A stretch of 64,000 nt of DNA, from NCBI GenBank assembly GCA_965204755.1, contig OZ242011.1, forward strand, positions 96,001-160,000, read 5' to 3'. The stretch comes from Candidatus Marinacidobacterium sp. (GTDB taxonomy: Bacteria; Acidobacteriota; Vicinamibacteria; Marinacidobacterales; Marinacidobacteraceae). Positions within the stretch are counted from its first letter, which is position 1; the number at the start of each line of letters is the position of its first letter. The notes beneath the pieces were generated by a model, which did no database searches, was not told where the DNA came from, and saw only the letters and a program-made list of their open reading frames with translations. Shown here piece after piece: positions 1 to 9,316 of the stretch. The position numbers and the translations under genes were made by a program.

Positions 1-2339
1 ACCGACGCGTCGGCGTAGAGATGCAGGAAGAACCTCGCTTCCGTGTCGGCCGGCGAGCAGGACTCCCGGAGATACAGGATCCGGTTCCCGTCGATATAGA
101 TGTCGAACTCCGAACGGGCGCGCGCCTCTCCGGCGGCTCCGGACGCCATCCGTTCGTAGATCGGTTCGTACACCCGCCGCTTCAGCGCGTCCGGCGAGAT
201 CACCGCGCTCCAGGCCCGCGCCGCCCCGGGGACGCCCTGGCCGGTGGATGCCTCGTCGAAGTCGTGGAGCGGGCCCGGCGCCACCGCCACGCAGGCCCCG
301 TCCACGACCGCCCCGTAGTCCGAGAACCGAAACGGCCGATCCTCGAACGGCCGGTCCTCCAACGCAGCGGAAACCGGCGCGCCCTCCGCCCCTTCGGGCG
401 GCGAGCGGCGAAGGCGCAGGTGGAACGCTTCCGCCACATCCGCCGGTGAGCAGGGTTCCTTCACATAGAAGAGCGACTCCCCGTCGCCGTAGATGTCGAA
501 GACCGAGCGGACCACCGGGTCGCCGAAGCCGCCGGAACGAACCGTCTCGTGGATCTTCCGCCAGCGGTCGTCGGCCGGCGTGTACGACCGGTTCACTTCC
601 AGGACGACGCCGTCGGTTACATCCACGAGCGGCTCGAGGCCCGGCGTCATGCCGAGGAGCGGCGGGCCGTAGCCGTAGCCGCCATTGCTCCCGGCGAAGC
701 GGAACCAGACGACCCAGGCGCCTTCCGGGGCGCCCTCGAACCATTCCGACAAGACCTGCGGCGTTACATGGCCGTCGGTCGTCGGCGCGAGTTCGCCGCG
801 CTTCGGCAGCGGCGAGAACCCCCGGCCGCCGGAGGTGTACTGGTAAACCAGCGCCGGCCGGTTGGAGTAGATGCGCAGCGGCGTCGGCGTGTGCAGGACG
901 AATCTCAGGGTCTCCGAGTCATGCATGGCGTGCCCGGTGTTCCCGGTGAGGAGGGGCACCTCGTTCCCGTTGAGGCGCTCGATTTCGCGGGCGTTCGGAA
1001 CCGCCTGCCCGGCGACCCACAGGGTCAGCGCCGTCATCACGGTGAGGGCCGGCCCGCTGAGCGCGTCGAACCGGTCCAGGGCGCCGGCGATGCCGGCGGC
1101 CGGCGGTTCCCCGGCCGGGCGCTCCAACTCGCGGACCGGCTCGGCCCGGAAGAACCGGTCGAAGCCGAAGGCCGCCGCGACCACCAGGGCGAGAAAGACC
1201 GGCGCGAGCAGCCCTTCCTCCGCTGCCTCGCGCGCCGCCCCGAAGCGGAACGCCAGCGCCGCGACCGCGGTATGGACCGCCGCGAACCCGAGGAACACGG
1301 GGATCGCCCGACCGCCCGACCGCCCGCCGCGCGCCGCGCGCCGCGCCGGCCCGCCGGTCTGCCTCCCGGTCTTCCTCCTTGCCAGCGCGGAAGCGACGAA
1401 CGCCCCGGCGACCACCGCCGCTAGCGCGAACACTTCCCAGCGCCCCGGAGCGAAGGGAAGGAAGTTCGCGTCCGCCCAACTCGAAAAGACCCGGAGCAGG
1501 CCGCCCGGCCCCTCCGGCCGCGAGAACCAAGCCGCGGCGCCGCTCCCGGGCAGCGAGACCGCCCAGGGGATGAACGCAACCGCCGCGGCGCCGCCGAGAA
1601 CGGCCCGCCGCGCCAGCGTCGCCCGCCGGTCGAAGAGCAGCGCGGCGCCCACCGCGCCGACCAGCGCGGCGACCCCCAGGTACTGCGTCCAGCAGGCCAG
1701 CGCGGCGAAGGCCGCCGCGCCGACGAGCGACGCCGGTCGCCCCCGCTCCAGGTACTCCTCGGTCCGGATCATGGCCAGCGCGGACAGCAGCAGGAAGAGC
1801 GGCCCCGGGAGCGCGAAGCGGGACATCTCGAGCAGCGGGAGGGCCGCCGCCAGGGCGAACGGCGCCCAGACCCGCAGGAACCCGGAGTCGAGGCGCCGAC
1901 CCAGGTAACGCCCGACCACGAACACCGTGGCGCCGAACAGCGCGGCGTTCCCCCACTCCGCCACCGGAAGCGGGTCGATCCAACCCGGGCTGAAGAGCGT
2001 CAGCAGGAGCGGGTAGAGCGGCGGCCCCAGGGGGACTTCGGGCGTGGCGAAACCGACGAATCCCGCGCCGTCCCAGTAGTTCCGGGCCGCGGAGAGCAGG
2101 TGGACGGCGCGCCCGGTGAGCCCCGCGCCATGTTCCGACTCCCGCCACAGGACGAGCGCGGCGCCGAGCGCGGAGGCCGCGGCGACCGGCAGCGTCCACC
2201 AGCCGGACCGCTGCTTCGGCGCGTCTTCCGGCGCGTCTTCCGGCGCTGCGGGCTCCCCCTCTCTCCGGGTCTCCCCCGGAGTCGCCGCCGCGGGGTCGGC
2301 GTCCGGCGCCTCTTCGGGTCCTGCTGTCCGAGCCTCCAT
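1..2339 (-). CDS. Multi-pass membrane GT-C-like (ArnT/PMT-like) protein with >=2 C-terminal two-Cys repeat domains; runs off window
   Basis: Missing from the ORF track because there is no stop in the window. Hand translation from ATG 2339 gives LLSAARNYWDGAGFVG..GPPLYPLLL..NAALFGATVFVVGRYL, then RSVFDIYGDGESLFYVKEPCSPAD..GACVAV..TGQ..W and a second repeat ..CSPADTEARFFLHLY. Paralog of 38078-41569 and 41600-43771. Confidence 0.8.
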   Translation of the reverse strand, partial: MEARTAGPEEAPDADPAAATPGETRREGEPAAPEDAPEDAPKQRSGWWTLPVAAASALGAALVLWRESEHGAGLTGRAVHLLSAARNYWDGAGFVGFATPEVPLGPPLYPLLLTLFSPGWIDPLPVAEWGNAALFGATVFVVGRYLGRRLDSGFLRVWAPFALAAALPLLEMSRFALPGPLFLLLSALAMIRTEEYLERGRPASLVGAAAFAALACWTQYLGVAALVGAVGAALLFDRRATLARRAVLGGAAAVAFIPWAVSLPGSGAAAWFSRPEGPGGLLRVFSSWADANFLPFAPGRWEVFALAAVVAGAFVASALARRKTGRQTGGPARRAARGGRSGGRAIPVFLGFAAVHTAVAALAFRFGAAREAAEEGLLAPVFLALVVAAAFGFDRFFRAEPVRELERPAGEPPAAGIAGALDRFDALSGPALTVMTALTLWVAGQAVPNAREIERLNGNEVPLLTGNTGHAMHDSETLRFVLHTPTPLRIYSNRPALVYQYTSGGRGFSPLPKRGELAPTTDGHVTPQVLSEWFEGAPEGAWVVWFRFAGSNGGYGYGPPLLGMTPGLEPLVDVTDGVVLEVNRSYTPADDRWRKIHETVRSGGFGDPVVRSVFDIYGDGESLFYVKEPCSPADVAEAFHLRLRRSPPEGAEGAPVSAALEDRPFEDRPFRFSDYGAVVDGACVAVAPGPLHDFDEASTGQGVPGAARAWSAVISPDALKRRVYEPIYERMASGAAGEARARSEFDIYIDGNRILYLRESCSPADTEARFFLHLYADAS

Positions 2340-2501
2340 CGTTCCGGTGAAGAATTATGACCGGACGGGTACGCGCCCCGACTTCGTGGACGATCCCCCG
2401 GGGCGCCGAGCGCCCGGGAAGGCCCGACTTCTCGAGCCGGGAGGATGGCCGGTCACCCGGGGGTTCGGCCGCGACGGGCCGGGGCGGGAGCGCCGCCGCC
2501 G

Positions 2502-3929
2502 CTACCCGTCGAGTCGGACGGCGACCGGCGGGATGAAACGGGCATAGGCCCGGGCGGCGCGGTCTTCCGAAAACCGGGCGCCGCGCCGCCGGAGGGACTC
2601 CCGATCGGGCGGCCGGTCGAGGGTCGCGAGGATCGCCTCCGCCATCGCCGGCGGGGCGCCGACGGGAACCAGCCGGCCCCAGGTCCCGCCGTCGAGGATC
2701 TCCGCCGGGCCGGAAGGGCAGTCGGTGCTCACCACCGGACAGCCGCAGGCGAGCGCTTCCGCCAGCACATTGCCGAACCCCTCCCACTTCGAGGAGAGGA
2801 CGAACACCCCGGCGCGGGCCATCCAGGCGAACGGGTTCCGCGCGAACCCGGGGAACAGCGCCTCCCGCCGGACCCCGAGCCGGTCGGCGAGTCCGCGAAG
2901 CGAGGGGAGGAGTTCGCCGTCGCCGAGGATCGCCAACCGGGCGGGGCGCCGGCGGCGAACCAGGGCGAAAGCGCGCAGCAGGGTCTCGAAGTCCTTCTGG
3001 GGCGCGAGGCGTCCGGCGCCCAGGATCAGCGGGGGGCCGTCCTCCCGGAACCAGGGGTGGTGGAGCGGCGCCGCCGCCAGGGAGGCGACGGCCTCCCCGA
3101 CCGCCGGGTTGTGGATGGCCGCGATGCGGCTCCGGGGGACGGCCGCGTCCTCGGCCCACTCGTCGGCGAGGCCGCGCGAGGCGGCGACGATCCCGTCGGC
3201 GCGGTGGAGCGCCCGGCGGATGCCGCGGGCCAGCAGGCGGGCGCGCCACCGCCCTCCCGCTCCGCCCGCCGCCGCCCGGCGCTTCGGGACGGCGGCGTGG
3301 AGCCCGGCGATGACCCGCGTCGGCGCCCCGGAGAGGCCCCGCGCGGCGACCGCGAGGAGGTTCGCGGTCTCCCCGACCGGGTAGAGGACCGCGGGGCGGG
3401 CGGTCTCCAGGTACCGGGCCGTCTCCCGGAGCCCGCCGAGGAGCCAGAGCCTCGACGCCCCGGCGTAGGGGCGGACGAAGGGAAAGCGGGAGAGCAGCGC
3501 CTGCCGGAGCAGGAGGGCCCGGGCGTCCCGATGGCGGGCGGCCCGGCGGAGGAGGCGGAACGGCCCGGCCCCGGACTCTTCCCCGGATTCTTCCCCTGAC
3601 TCTTCGGCGCCCGGCGCCCCGAGCCGGATGACGGCGGCGCCCGCTCCGGTCGGCGGCGGGACGGGCCCGGGAGCCTTGAAGAGGACGAGGTCGGCGCGGT
3701 ACCCGGCGCGGACGAACGCCGCCGCGAGTCCGGCGGCGACCCGGCCGTGCCCGCCGCCGGAGAGTCTCCCGACGAGCAGCGCGACCCGGGTTCCGGGCGC
3801 GGCCGGCCGACGAGGCGGGAGTTCGCCGGACGAAGCCCGACCGCGCGCTTCCCCGGGTTCCCCGGCATCCCCGCCGTCGGGGAGGGCGCCCCCCCGCCCC
3901 GCCGGGGTCACCTGCCCCGCCGGGGTCAC
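2502..3929 (-). CDS. Glycosyltransferase family 4 (GT-B)
   Basis: Motifs GRLSGGGHGR, GAGRLAPQKDFETLLRAF, FVLSSKWEGFGNVLAEALACGCPVVSTDCPSGPAEIL. Start re-called at GTG 3929 (uncertain). Confidence 0.88.
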   Translation of the reverse strand: MTPAGQVTPAGRGGALPDGGDAGEPGEARGRASSGELPPRRPAAPGTRVALLVGRLSGGGHGRVAAGLAAAFVRAGYRADLVLFKAPGPVPPPTGAGAAVIRLGAPGAEESGEESGEESGAGPFRLLRRAARHRDARALLLRQALLSRFPFVRPYAGASRLWLLGGLRETARYLETARPAVLYPVGETANLLAVAARGLSGAPTRVIAGLHAAVPKRRAAAGGAGGRWRARLLARGIRRALHRADGIVAASRGLADEWAEDAAVPRSRIAAIHNPAVGEAVASLAAAPLHHPWFREDGPPLILGAGRLAPQKDFETLLRAFALVRRRRPARLAILGDGELLPSLRGLADRLGVRREALFPGFARNPFAWMARAGVFVLSSKWEGFGNVLAEALACGCPVVSTDCPSGPAEILDGGTWGRLVPVGAPPAMAEAILATLDRPPDRESLRRRGARFSEDRAARAYARFIPPVAVRLDG

Positions 3930-3942
3930 CGACCCGCCGGGG

Positions 3943-5631
3943 TCATCGGCCCGCCGGCGGGGCCTCGGCGCCGGGAAGCGAGAACGCGAAGACCGCCGGC
4001 CCGGCGGCCGCCGCGACGAACTGCTCCCCGTCGATCGCGTACGACATCGGCCCCGCCAGGAGCGGCCCGCCGGCGCGGAACGACCACCGCCGCTCCCCGG
4101 TGTCCGAGTCCAGCGCGACCAGCGAGTCCCCGTCCCCGGTGAACAGGAGGCCGGTCGCGGTCGCCAGGAGCGAGAGGTACCGGGGATGGTTGCGCCGAGG
4201 CGCCTCCCAGCGGACGGCCCCGGTGTCCAGGTCGAGCGCCCGGAACGCGCCCTCGGGCTCGCCGACGGACTCCTCGTACCCGGCCAGGAACGGCTCGCCC
4301 GGCCGGTAGTCCGGTTCGCTCCGGTAGTACCGGGAAGCGACATCCAGGGCGGCGACGAACAGCGTCCGCCGGCCGGGGTCGTAGGCCGGGCTCTGCCAAC
4401 TGGTCGCGCCGCCGAGCGTCGGCCACAGGAGCGTCCCCTCCTCGGAGGGCTCGGTGTCCGGCCGCAGGATCGGCCGTCCGTTCCCGTCCATCCCTTCCGC
4501 CCAGGTCTGCTTCCCGAACTCGGTCGCCCGGAGGAACTCGCCGGTCTCCCGGTCGAGCACATAGAAGAACGCGTTGCGGTTGGCCAGGATCACCAACTTG
4601 CGCGGCTCGCCGTCCCAGACCGCGTCCGCCAGCACCGGGATGTTCGCCGCGTCCCAGTCGTGGGTGTCGTGCGGGGTGAACTGGAAGTGCCAGCGGAGTC
4701 TTCCGGTGGAGGCGTCCAGCGCGAGCAGCGAGCAGGTGTAGAGGTTGTCGCCGGGTCGGGAGTCCCCGTTCAGCGCCGGCGCCGGGTTCCCGGTGGGCCA
4801 GTAGAGGAGGCCGAGTTCCGGGTCGTAGGAGCCGGTGAGCCAGGTGGCGCCGCCGCCGGTCTTCCAACTCGTCCCGCCGCCCCAGGTGTCCCCGCCGGGC
4901 TCTTCCGGCGACGGGACCGTCCAGAACCGCCAGGCCCGCTCCCCGGTCTCCGCGTGGTAGGCGTCCAGGAAGCCGCGGGCGCCGCCGATCCCGCCGCTCA
5001 TCCCGAAGACGACCAGCCCGTCCAGCGCCAGCGGCGCGCCGGTGATCCCGTAGCCCAGCCGGTTGTCGGCGAGGGTCACGCTCCAGCGCAACTCGCCGGT
5101 GGCGCGGTCGAGGGCGACCGCCCGCCCGTCGAACGCGCCGAAGAACACCGAATCCCCCAGGAGCGCCACGCCCCGGTTCGTCCGCGGGTAGCCCGGGGCC
5201 CGGGCGTCCCGGGGCACCTGCGCGTCGTACCGCCAGAGTTCCGCGCCGGTGGCGGCGTCGAGGGCGACCGCGGTGCTCGTCGGCTCGACCAGGTACATCA
5301 CCCGGTCCGCGACCAGCGGCGTGGACTCCATCCGCCGCCCGCCGCGCGGGATCTGGTGCACCCAGGCCGGCCGGAGGCCGGAGACATTCCCCGGCGTGAT
5401 CCGGTCGAGCCGGGTGAACCGCTCCGAGCGGTAGGCGCCGGAGTAGGTGAGCCACTCCTCCGGGGTCTCCTCCGCGGCGGCCAGGCGGGCGTAGGTGACC
5501 GGCGGGAGGGCGTCCGCCGCGCCGGCGGCGGTCGGCGGGGAATCGGGCGGGGCCTGCGGCGGCCCGCAACCGACCCAACCGACCGAGCCGGCGAGGGCCG
5601 CCGCCGGGAGGAAGCGCCGGCGGCGCCTCAC
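3943..5631 (-). CDS. PQQ-dependent dehydrogenase (beta-propeller quinoprotein), probably exported or lipoprotein
   Basis: WLTYSGAYRSERFTRLDRIT, ESTPLV, NRGVA, GGATWLTGSYDPELGLLYWPTGNPAP, QFTPHDTHDWD, MSYAIDGEQFV. GTG 5631 overlaps the upstream TGA. Confidence 0.88.
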   Translation of the reverse strand: MRRRRRFLPAAALAGSVGWVGCGPPQAPPDSPPTAAGAADALPPVTYARLAAAEETPEEWLTYSGAYRSERFTRLDRITPGNVSGLRPAWVHQIPRGGRRMESTPLVADRVMYLVEPTSTAVALDAATGAELWRYDAQVPRDARAPGYPRTNRGVALLGDSVFFGAFDGRAVALDRATGELRWSVTLADNRLGYGITGAPLALDGLVVFGMSGGIGGARGFLDAYHAETGERAWRFWTVPSPEEPGGDTWGGGTSWKTGGGATWLTGSYDPELGLLYWPTGNPAPALNGDSRPGDNLYTCSLLALDASTGRLRWHFQFTPHDTHDWDAANIPVLADAVWDGEPRKLVILANRNAFFYVLDRETGEFLRATEFGKQTWAEGMDGNGRPILRPDTEPSEEGTLLWPTLGGATSWQSPAYDPGRRTLFVAALDVASRYYRSEPDYRPGEPFLAGYEESVGEPEGAFRALDLDTGAVRWEAPRRNHPRYLSLLATATGLLFTGDGDSLVALDSDTGERRWSFRAGGPLLAGPMSYAIDGEQFVAAAAGPAVFAFSLPGAEAPPAGR

Positions 5632-6497
5632 CACGAATGCTCCGAATACCCGCCGACAGCGAAGTCCTCGGCGTAGCGGCGGAGCAACGACTCGCGCGCC
5701 CGCCCGGTGAGGTCCTCCGCCGCTTCCCGGCGCGCCGCCGCGAGTTCCTCGGGGGCCGCCTGCCAGCCCGCCATGGTGTTCAGCAGCGGCAACCGCGGCG
5801 GGGCGATCCCCAGGCGGTCGGCGAGTTCGCCGAGGTCGCGTCCGAAGTCCTCGAACCGGCCGACGAAGTCCGGCAGGCGGTGGTCGTCCAACCGGATCTG
5901 CAGGTGCTGGGAGAGGTAGTGCCGGTCGGCCAGCGGGTCGGCGCCCGACGGGGTCGCCAGCCAGGCGCAGAAGTCCTCGAATCCGCTCGCCCGGCCCAGC
6001 CCGGAATGTTCCCGGAAGAGCCGGCGGCGTTTGTCCTCCTTCCTCACCGGCGACGCCAATTCGGAGAGCGGCGACCGGAAGCGGACCTCGCGGCCGGCCG
6101 CCGGGTCGAAGAAGGCCGGCTCGCGGCGGTCGCGGTACTTCGGGTGCTGCCGGGCGTAGAGGGCCGGGGAGCGGAACAACTCGCGGTGGAGCGAGAGCGC
6201 GCGGGTGAACGGGTGCCGGACGAAGGCGAAGGAGAAGTAGTCGCGCGCTTCGGGCCGGGCGGACAGGACTTCGGAGACGCTCGCGTCCCGGAAGATTTCC
6301 AGGTCGGGGGCGGCGTTCCGGAACGCCGCCATCAGGCTGCGCGTGGCCGCCTTCGGGACCAGGAGGCCGAGGAACCGGCCCCGGCGGGAGAGCAGTTTCT
6401 CGGCCCCGAAGTCCGCCGCGCCGCCGCGCGCCCGGAAGGCCCGCCGGGCGTCGCGGAGGGCGCCGCGCCCGAGGGCCCGGGCCGCGGCGCCCATCAC
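5628..6497 (-). CDS. Sulfotransferase family 2 domain protein
   Basis: PAPS-loop-like VPKAATRSL, FSFAFVRHPFTRALS, HYLSQ, DFVGRFEDF. Confidence 0.8.
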   Translation of the reverse strand: MMGAAARALGRGALRDARRAFRARGGAADFGAEKLLSRRGRFLGLLVPKAATRSLMAAFRNAAPDLEIFRDASVSEVLSARPEARDYFSFAFVRHPFTRALSLHRELFRSPALYARQHPKYRDRREPAFFDPAAGREVRFRSPLSELASPVRKEDKRRRLFREHSGLGRASGFEDFCAWLATPSGADPLADRHYLSQHLQIRLDDHRLPDFVGRFEDFGRDLGELADRLGIAPPRLPLLNTMAGWQAAPEELAAARREAAEDLTGRARESLLRRYAEDFAVGGYSEHSW

Positions 6498-7921
6498 GCC
6501 GGCGCCCCGCCGCAGATTTCGGGACGGTCGCGCAGGTGGTCGAGCAGCGCCTCGGCGGCGAAGCGGTGGCCGGCGGGGTTCCAGTGGATGTCGTTCGGGA
6601 AGTGGAGTTCCCCGATGCGGGCCGCGCCCCCGTCCCGGCGGACGAGCCGCTCATGGAGGTCCAGAACCGGAATGCCGCGTTCGGCGGCCAACTCTTCCAT
6701 GACGCGGAACGGCGCCTTCCAGGCGCCGAAGAGCGGCGGCGCGAGCAGGACCAACTCGGCGCCGTCGCGCTCCGCGCGCTCCCGGAACTCGTCCAGCGCG
6801 AACGCCGTGAGTTCCACCGCGTCCCGATACGGCGGCGGGAGCCTCGCCCCGCTCCACTCGGCGCTGTCGAGGGCCAGGGCCACCGCCCACGGCAGGTAGC
6901 CCGGCGGACGCCGCCACCCCTCGAGGAGGGCCCGGTACTCGGGGGTCTCCCGGTACTCGGGGATCGTCCGCAGGGGCGCCCCTTCGTCCGCCGGCCTGTC
7001 GTCCGCTTCCCTGTCGTCCGCCGGCCTGTCGTCCGCTTCTCCGACGCCGCGCCGAACTCCCAGCCGGCCCAGGGAGCCGTCCAGCGGGCGGATCACGCGG
7101 ACGGTGAGCCAGTCGAGGAGCCGGGACGCGTCCCGCGCCCACGCCCACGCCCGCCGGACCGGGGGCGGCGCCGCCGCGGCGAGCCCCGACCCGGCCGGCC
7201 TCCGGCGGGCGAGCGCCTCGGGGTGGGGCGGGCGCAGGCGGATCTCTCCCTCCTCGCTCCGGTAGGCGGAGGCGAACGGCATCCGCGCCGGATCGTACCC
7301 GCCCTGGATCGCCTGGAGGAACGCCGAGTTGTCGCCGAAATCGCTCCAATACACCACCAGCGCGAGCAGGGCCGGCCGGAGCGGGCGGGCGAAGCGGTCG
7401 TAGAACGGCAACTGGTTGACCTGGCCGGTGTCCCCCCACCCGAAGGCCGCGGTCCTCACCCGGAGACCGGGGAGTTCCCCGGCGGCGAGGCGTTCGAGGA
7501 CGACCTGGACCTTGTCCGGGATGGCGACCTCCCGCGCGTCCACATAGGAGTCCCCGATGAGGACGACCCGGCAGGTCCCGCCCGCCTCCTCCGGGTCGGG
7601 GGGCTCCCGGTCCACGAAGCCCAGGCGGTTCGCCCGCGAGACGGTCCAGAAGTCGAGACCGTTCGTCGCCCGCACTTCGGCGCCGGGTTCGGCCAGGAAC
7701 CCCGCCCCGGGGACGAAACGCAGCGGCGTCCGCCAGGAACCGAAGGGCGCCGAGAGGCGCAGGGCCCCCTCCGCCGCCAGTCCGACCACGAGCAGGAGCC
7801 CGGCGAGCGCCGCGGCGTTCCCGGCGGCGAGCCGGGCGAGCCGGCCCGGCCGGGCCAGCCGGACCGGCCGCGCCCTGCGGCCCCGCGCCCGCGGTCCGTC
7901 CCGGCGGAGGCGGCCCATCAC
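6494..7921 (-). CDS. Membrane-anchored SGNH/GDSL hydrolase-fold protein (paralog 1)
   Basis: N-terminal TM helix, NRLGFVDRE, VLIGDSYV (catalytic Ser block), DIHWNPAGH (DxH). Confidence 0.8.
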   Translation of the reverse strand: MMGRLRRDGPRARGRRARPVRLARPGRLARLAAGNAAALAGLLLVVGLAAEGALRLSAPFGSWRTPLRFVPGAGFLAEPGAEVRATNGLDFWTVSRANRLGFVDREPPDPEEAGGTCRVVLIGDSYVDAREVAIPDKVQVVLERLAAGELPGLRVRTAAFGWGDTGQVNQLPFYDRFARPLRPALLALVVYWSDFGDNSAFLQAIQGGYDPARMPFASAYRSEEGEIRLRPPHPEALARRRPAGSGLAAAAPPPVRRAWAWARDASRLLDWLTVRVIRPLDGSLGRLGVRRGVGEADDRPADDREADDRPADEGAPLRTIPEYRETPEYRALLEGWRRPPGYLPWAVALALDSAEWSGARLPPPYRDAVELTAFALDEFRERAERDGAELVLLAPPLFGAWKAPFRVMEELAAERGIPVLDLHERLVRRDGGAARIGELHFPNDIHWNPAGHRFAAEALLDHLRDRPEICGGAPA

Positions 7922-9312
7922 CGATCAGCCGCGCCGCGCGCCGGCGGAGACCCCGGCGGAGTCTCCGCGCAGACCTCCGGATGCGCCGCCAGGTATTCGA
8001 GGACAGATTCGGCCGCCCACCGGTGCCCTTCCCGGTTCCAGTGGCCGTCGCGCCGGAAATGGGCGTCTTCGGGGCGGCCGCCTCGCCGCCGGATGAACTC
8101 GTACTGGTCGATCACCGGGATTCCGGAGTCGGCGGCGAGCCGCCGCAGCGCCTCCACGACTTCCGGCCCCGAGTCCGGGGTCGTCCGGTGGGTGACGAGG
8201 AGGACGAGCGCCGCGCCGTCCGACTCCGCGCGTTCGGCGAACGCGGAAAGGGCGAAAGCGGTGGCCTCGATCGCTTCCGAGATCGGCGGCGCCGCGCCCC
8301 CGCCCCGGAGGATCGCCCCGGCGGCGGCGGCGGCGAAGACCGCCGGGTCGGCGAGGCCGCCCGACCGGCCGCCCGACTGGCCGCCGCCCGCCTCCCCGGA
8401 ACCCCCGGTCGGGGCGGTCGGGCCGTTCGGGTCGTTCGAGGCTGTCGCGCGGGCTTCCCGGTTTCGGGCGACCCGGGCCGCCAGCAGGGTCGCCGCCCGC
8501 TCCCGGAGCAGGTCGAGGAGGTGGGACTTCCCTCGCGCGGCCTCCCAGGCCCCGCGCAGCGGACGCGCCCACGACGGCGGGAGCCCGAGGCCGCGCGCCC
8601 AGCGGAAGTCGGCCGCCTCCGGGTGGGGCGGACGCAGTTCCATCCGCCCGGCGGCGTCCCGCGCGACGGACAGGTAGGGCATCCGCTCCGGGTCGAACCC
8701 CCGCCGCCGCGCCCGGTGCTCCGTGGTGTTGTCCTCGAAGTCGTTCGAGTAGAAGACGAGGACCACGACCCTCGGGCGCAGCCGGCGGGCGAAGCGGTCG
8801 TAGAAGGCCAGTTGGTTCACCTGCCCGGTGTCCCCCCGGCCGAACGCCGAAGCCGCGACGCCGAGGGCCGGGAGTTCCCGGCGCGCCATTTCTTCCAGCC
8901 GGACCGGGAACTTGTCGGCGATCGGGACCTCGTTGGCTTCGACGAACGAGTCTCCGATCGCGACCACCCGGCAGCCTTCCGGGGCCCGGGCCGGCGGCTC
9001 CCGGTCGGGAAATCCCAGCGAGTTCGTCGTCGTCTCGGTCCAGAACTCCCGCCCGTTCGTCCAGCGCACGAGGGCATGCGGTTCCGCCAGGAACCCGACT
9101 CCGGGGACGAACCGGACAGGGAAGTGGCGCCCGATGAAGGGGCTCCGCGAGCGCAGCCAGACTTCGGCGGCGGCGCCCGCGAGGAGGCCCCCGCCCAGGA
9201 CCAGGGCGGCGTTCACCGCGGCCGCTCGGAGGAATCGCCGCCGTCCCGCCCCGGCCCCCTTCCCGACCGTCGGCCCGCCCCCCGGTCCGGTCGCCCGGTC
9301 TCCCGCTTCCAC
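7918..9312 (-). CDS. Membrane-anchored SGNH/GDSL hydrolase-fold protein (paralog 2)
   Basis: NSLGFPDRE, VAIGDSFVEA, YSNDFEDN, DGHWNREGH. Confidence 0.8.
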   Translation of the reverse strand: MEAGDRATGPGGGPTVGKGAGAGRRRFLRAAAVNAALVLGGGLLAGAAAEVWLRSRSPFIGRHFPVRFVPGVGFLAEPHALVRWTNGREFWTETTTNSLGFPDREPPARAPEGCRVVAIGDSFVEANEVPIADKFPVRLEEMARRELPALGVAASAFGRGDTGQVNQLAFYDRFARRLRPRVVVLVFYSNDFEDNTTEHRARRRGFDPERMPYLSVARDAAGRMELRPPHPEAADFRWARGLGLPPSWARPLRGAWEAARGKSHLLDLLRERAATLLAARVARNREARATASNDPNGPTAPTGGSGEAGGGQSGGRSGGLADPAVFAAAAAGAILRGGGAAPPISEAIEATAFALSAFAERAESDGAALVLLVTHRTTPDSGPEVVEALRRLAADSGIPVIDQYEFIRRRGGRPEDAHFRRDGHWNREGHRWAAESVLEYLAAHPEVCAETPPGSPPARGAADR

Positions 9313-9316
9313 CGGC

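Noticed and set aside
3895-3946. Triple TGACCCCGGCGGG repeat creating a 6-codon mini-ORF between the PQQ and GT4 genes
   Set aside because: Most simply a local duplication around the start codon. There is no evidence for a leader peptide function.
6985-7040. Short in-frame tandem repeats (15-bp ADDRP/E here; 12-bp near 2215-2245, 3571-3606 and 8357-8385; 9-bp GRE near 19622-19670)
   Set aside because: Unit lengths are multiples of 3 and lie in low-complexity linkers, consistent with ordinary slippage and no evident switch function.
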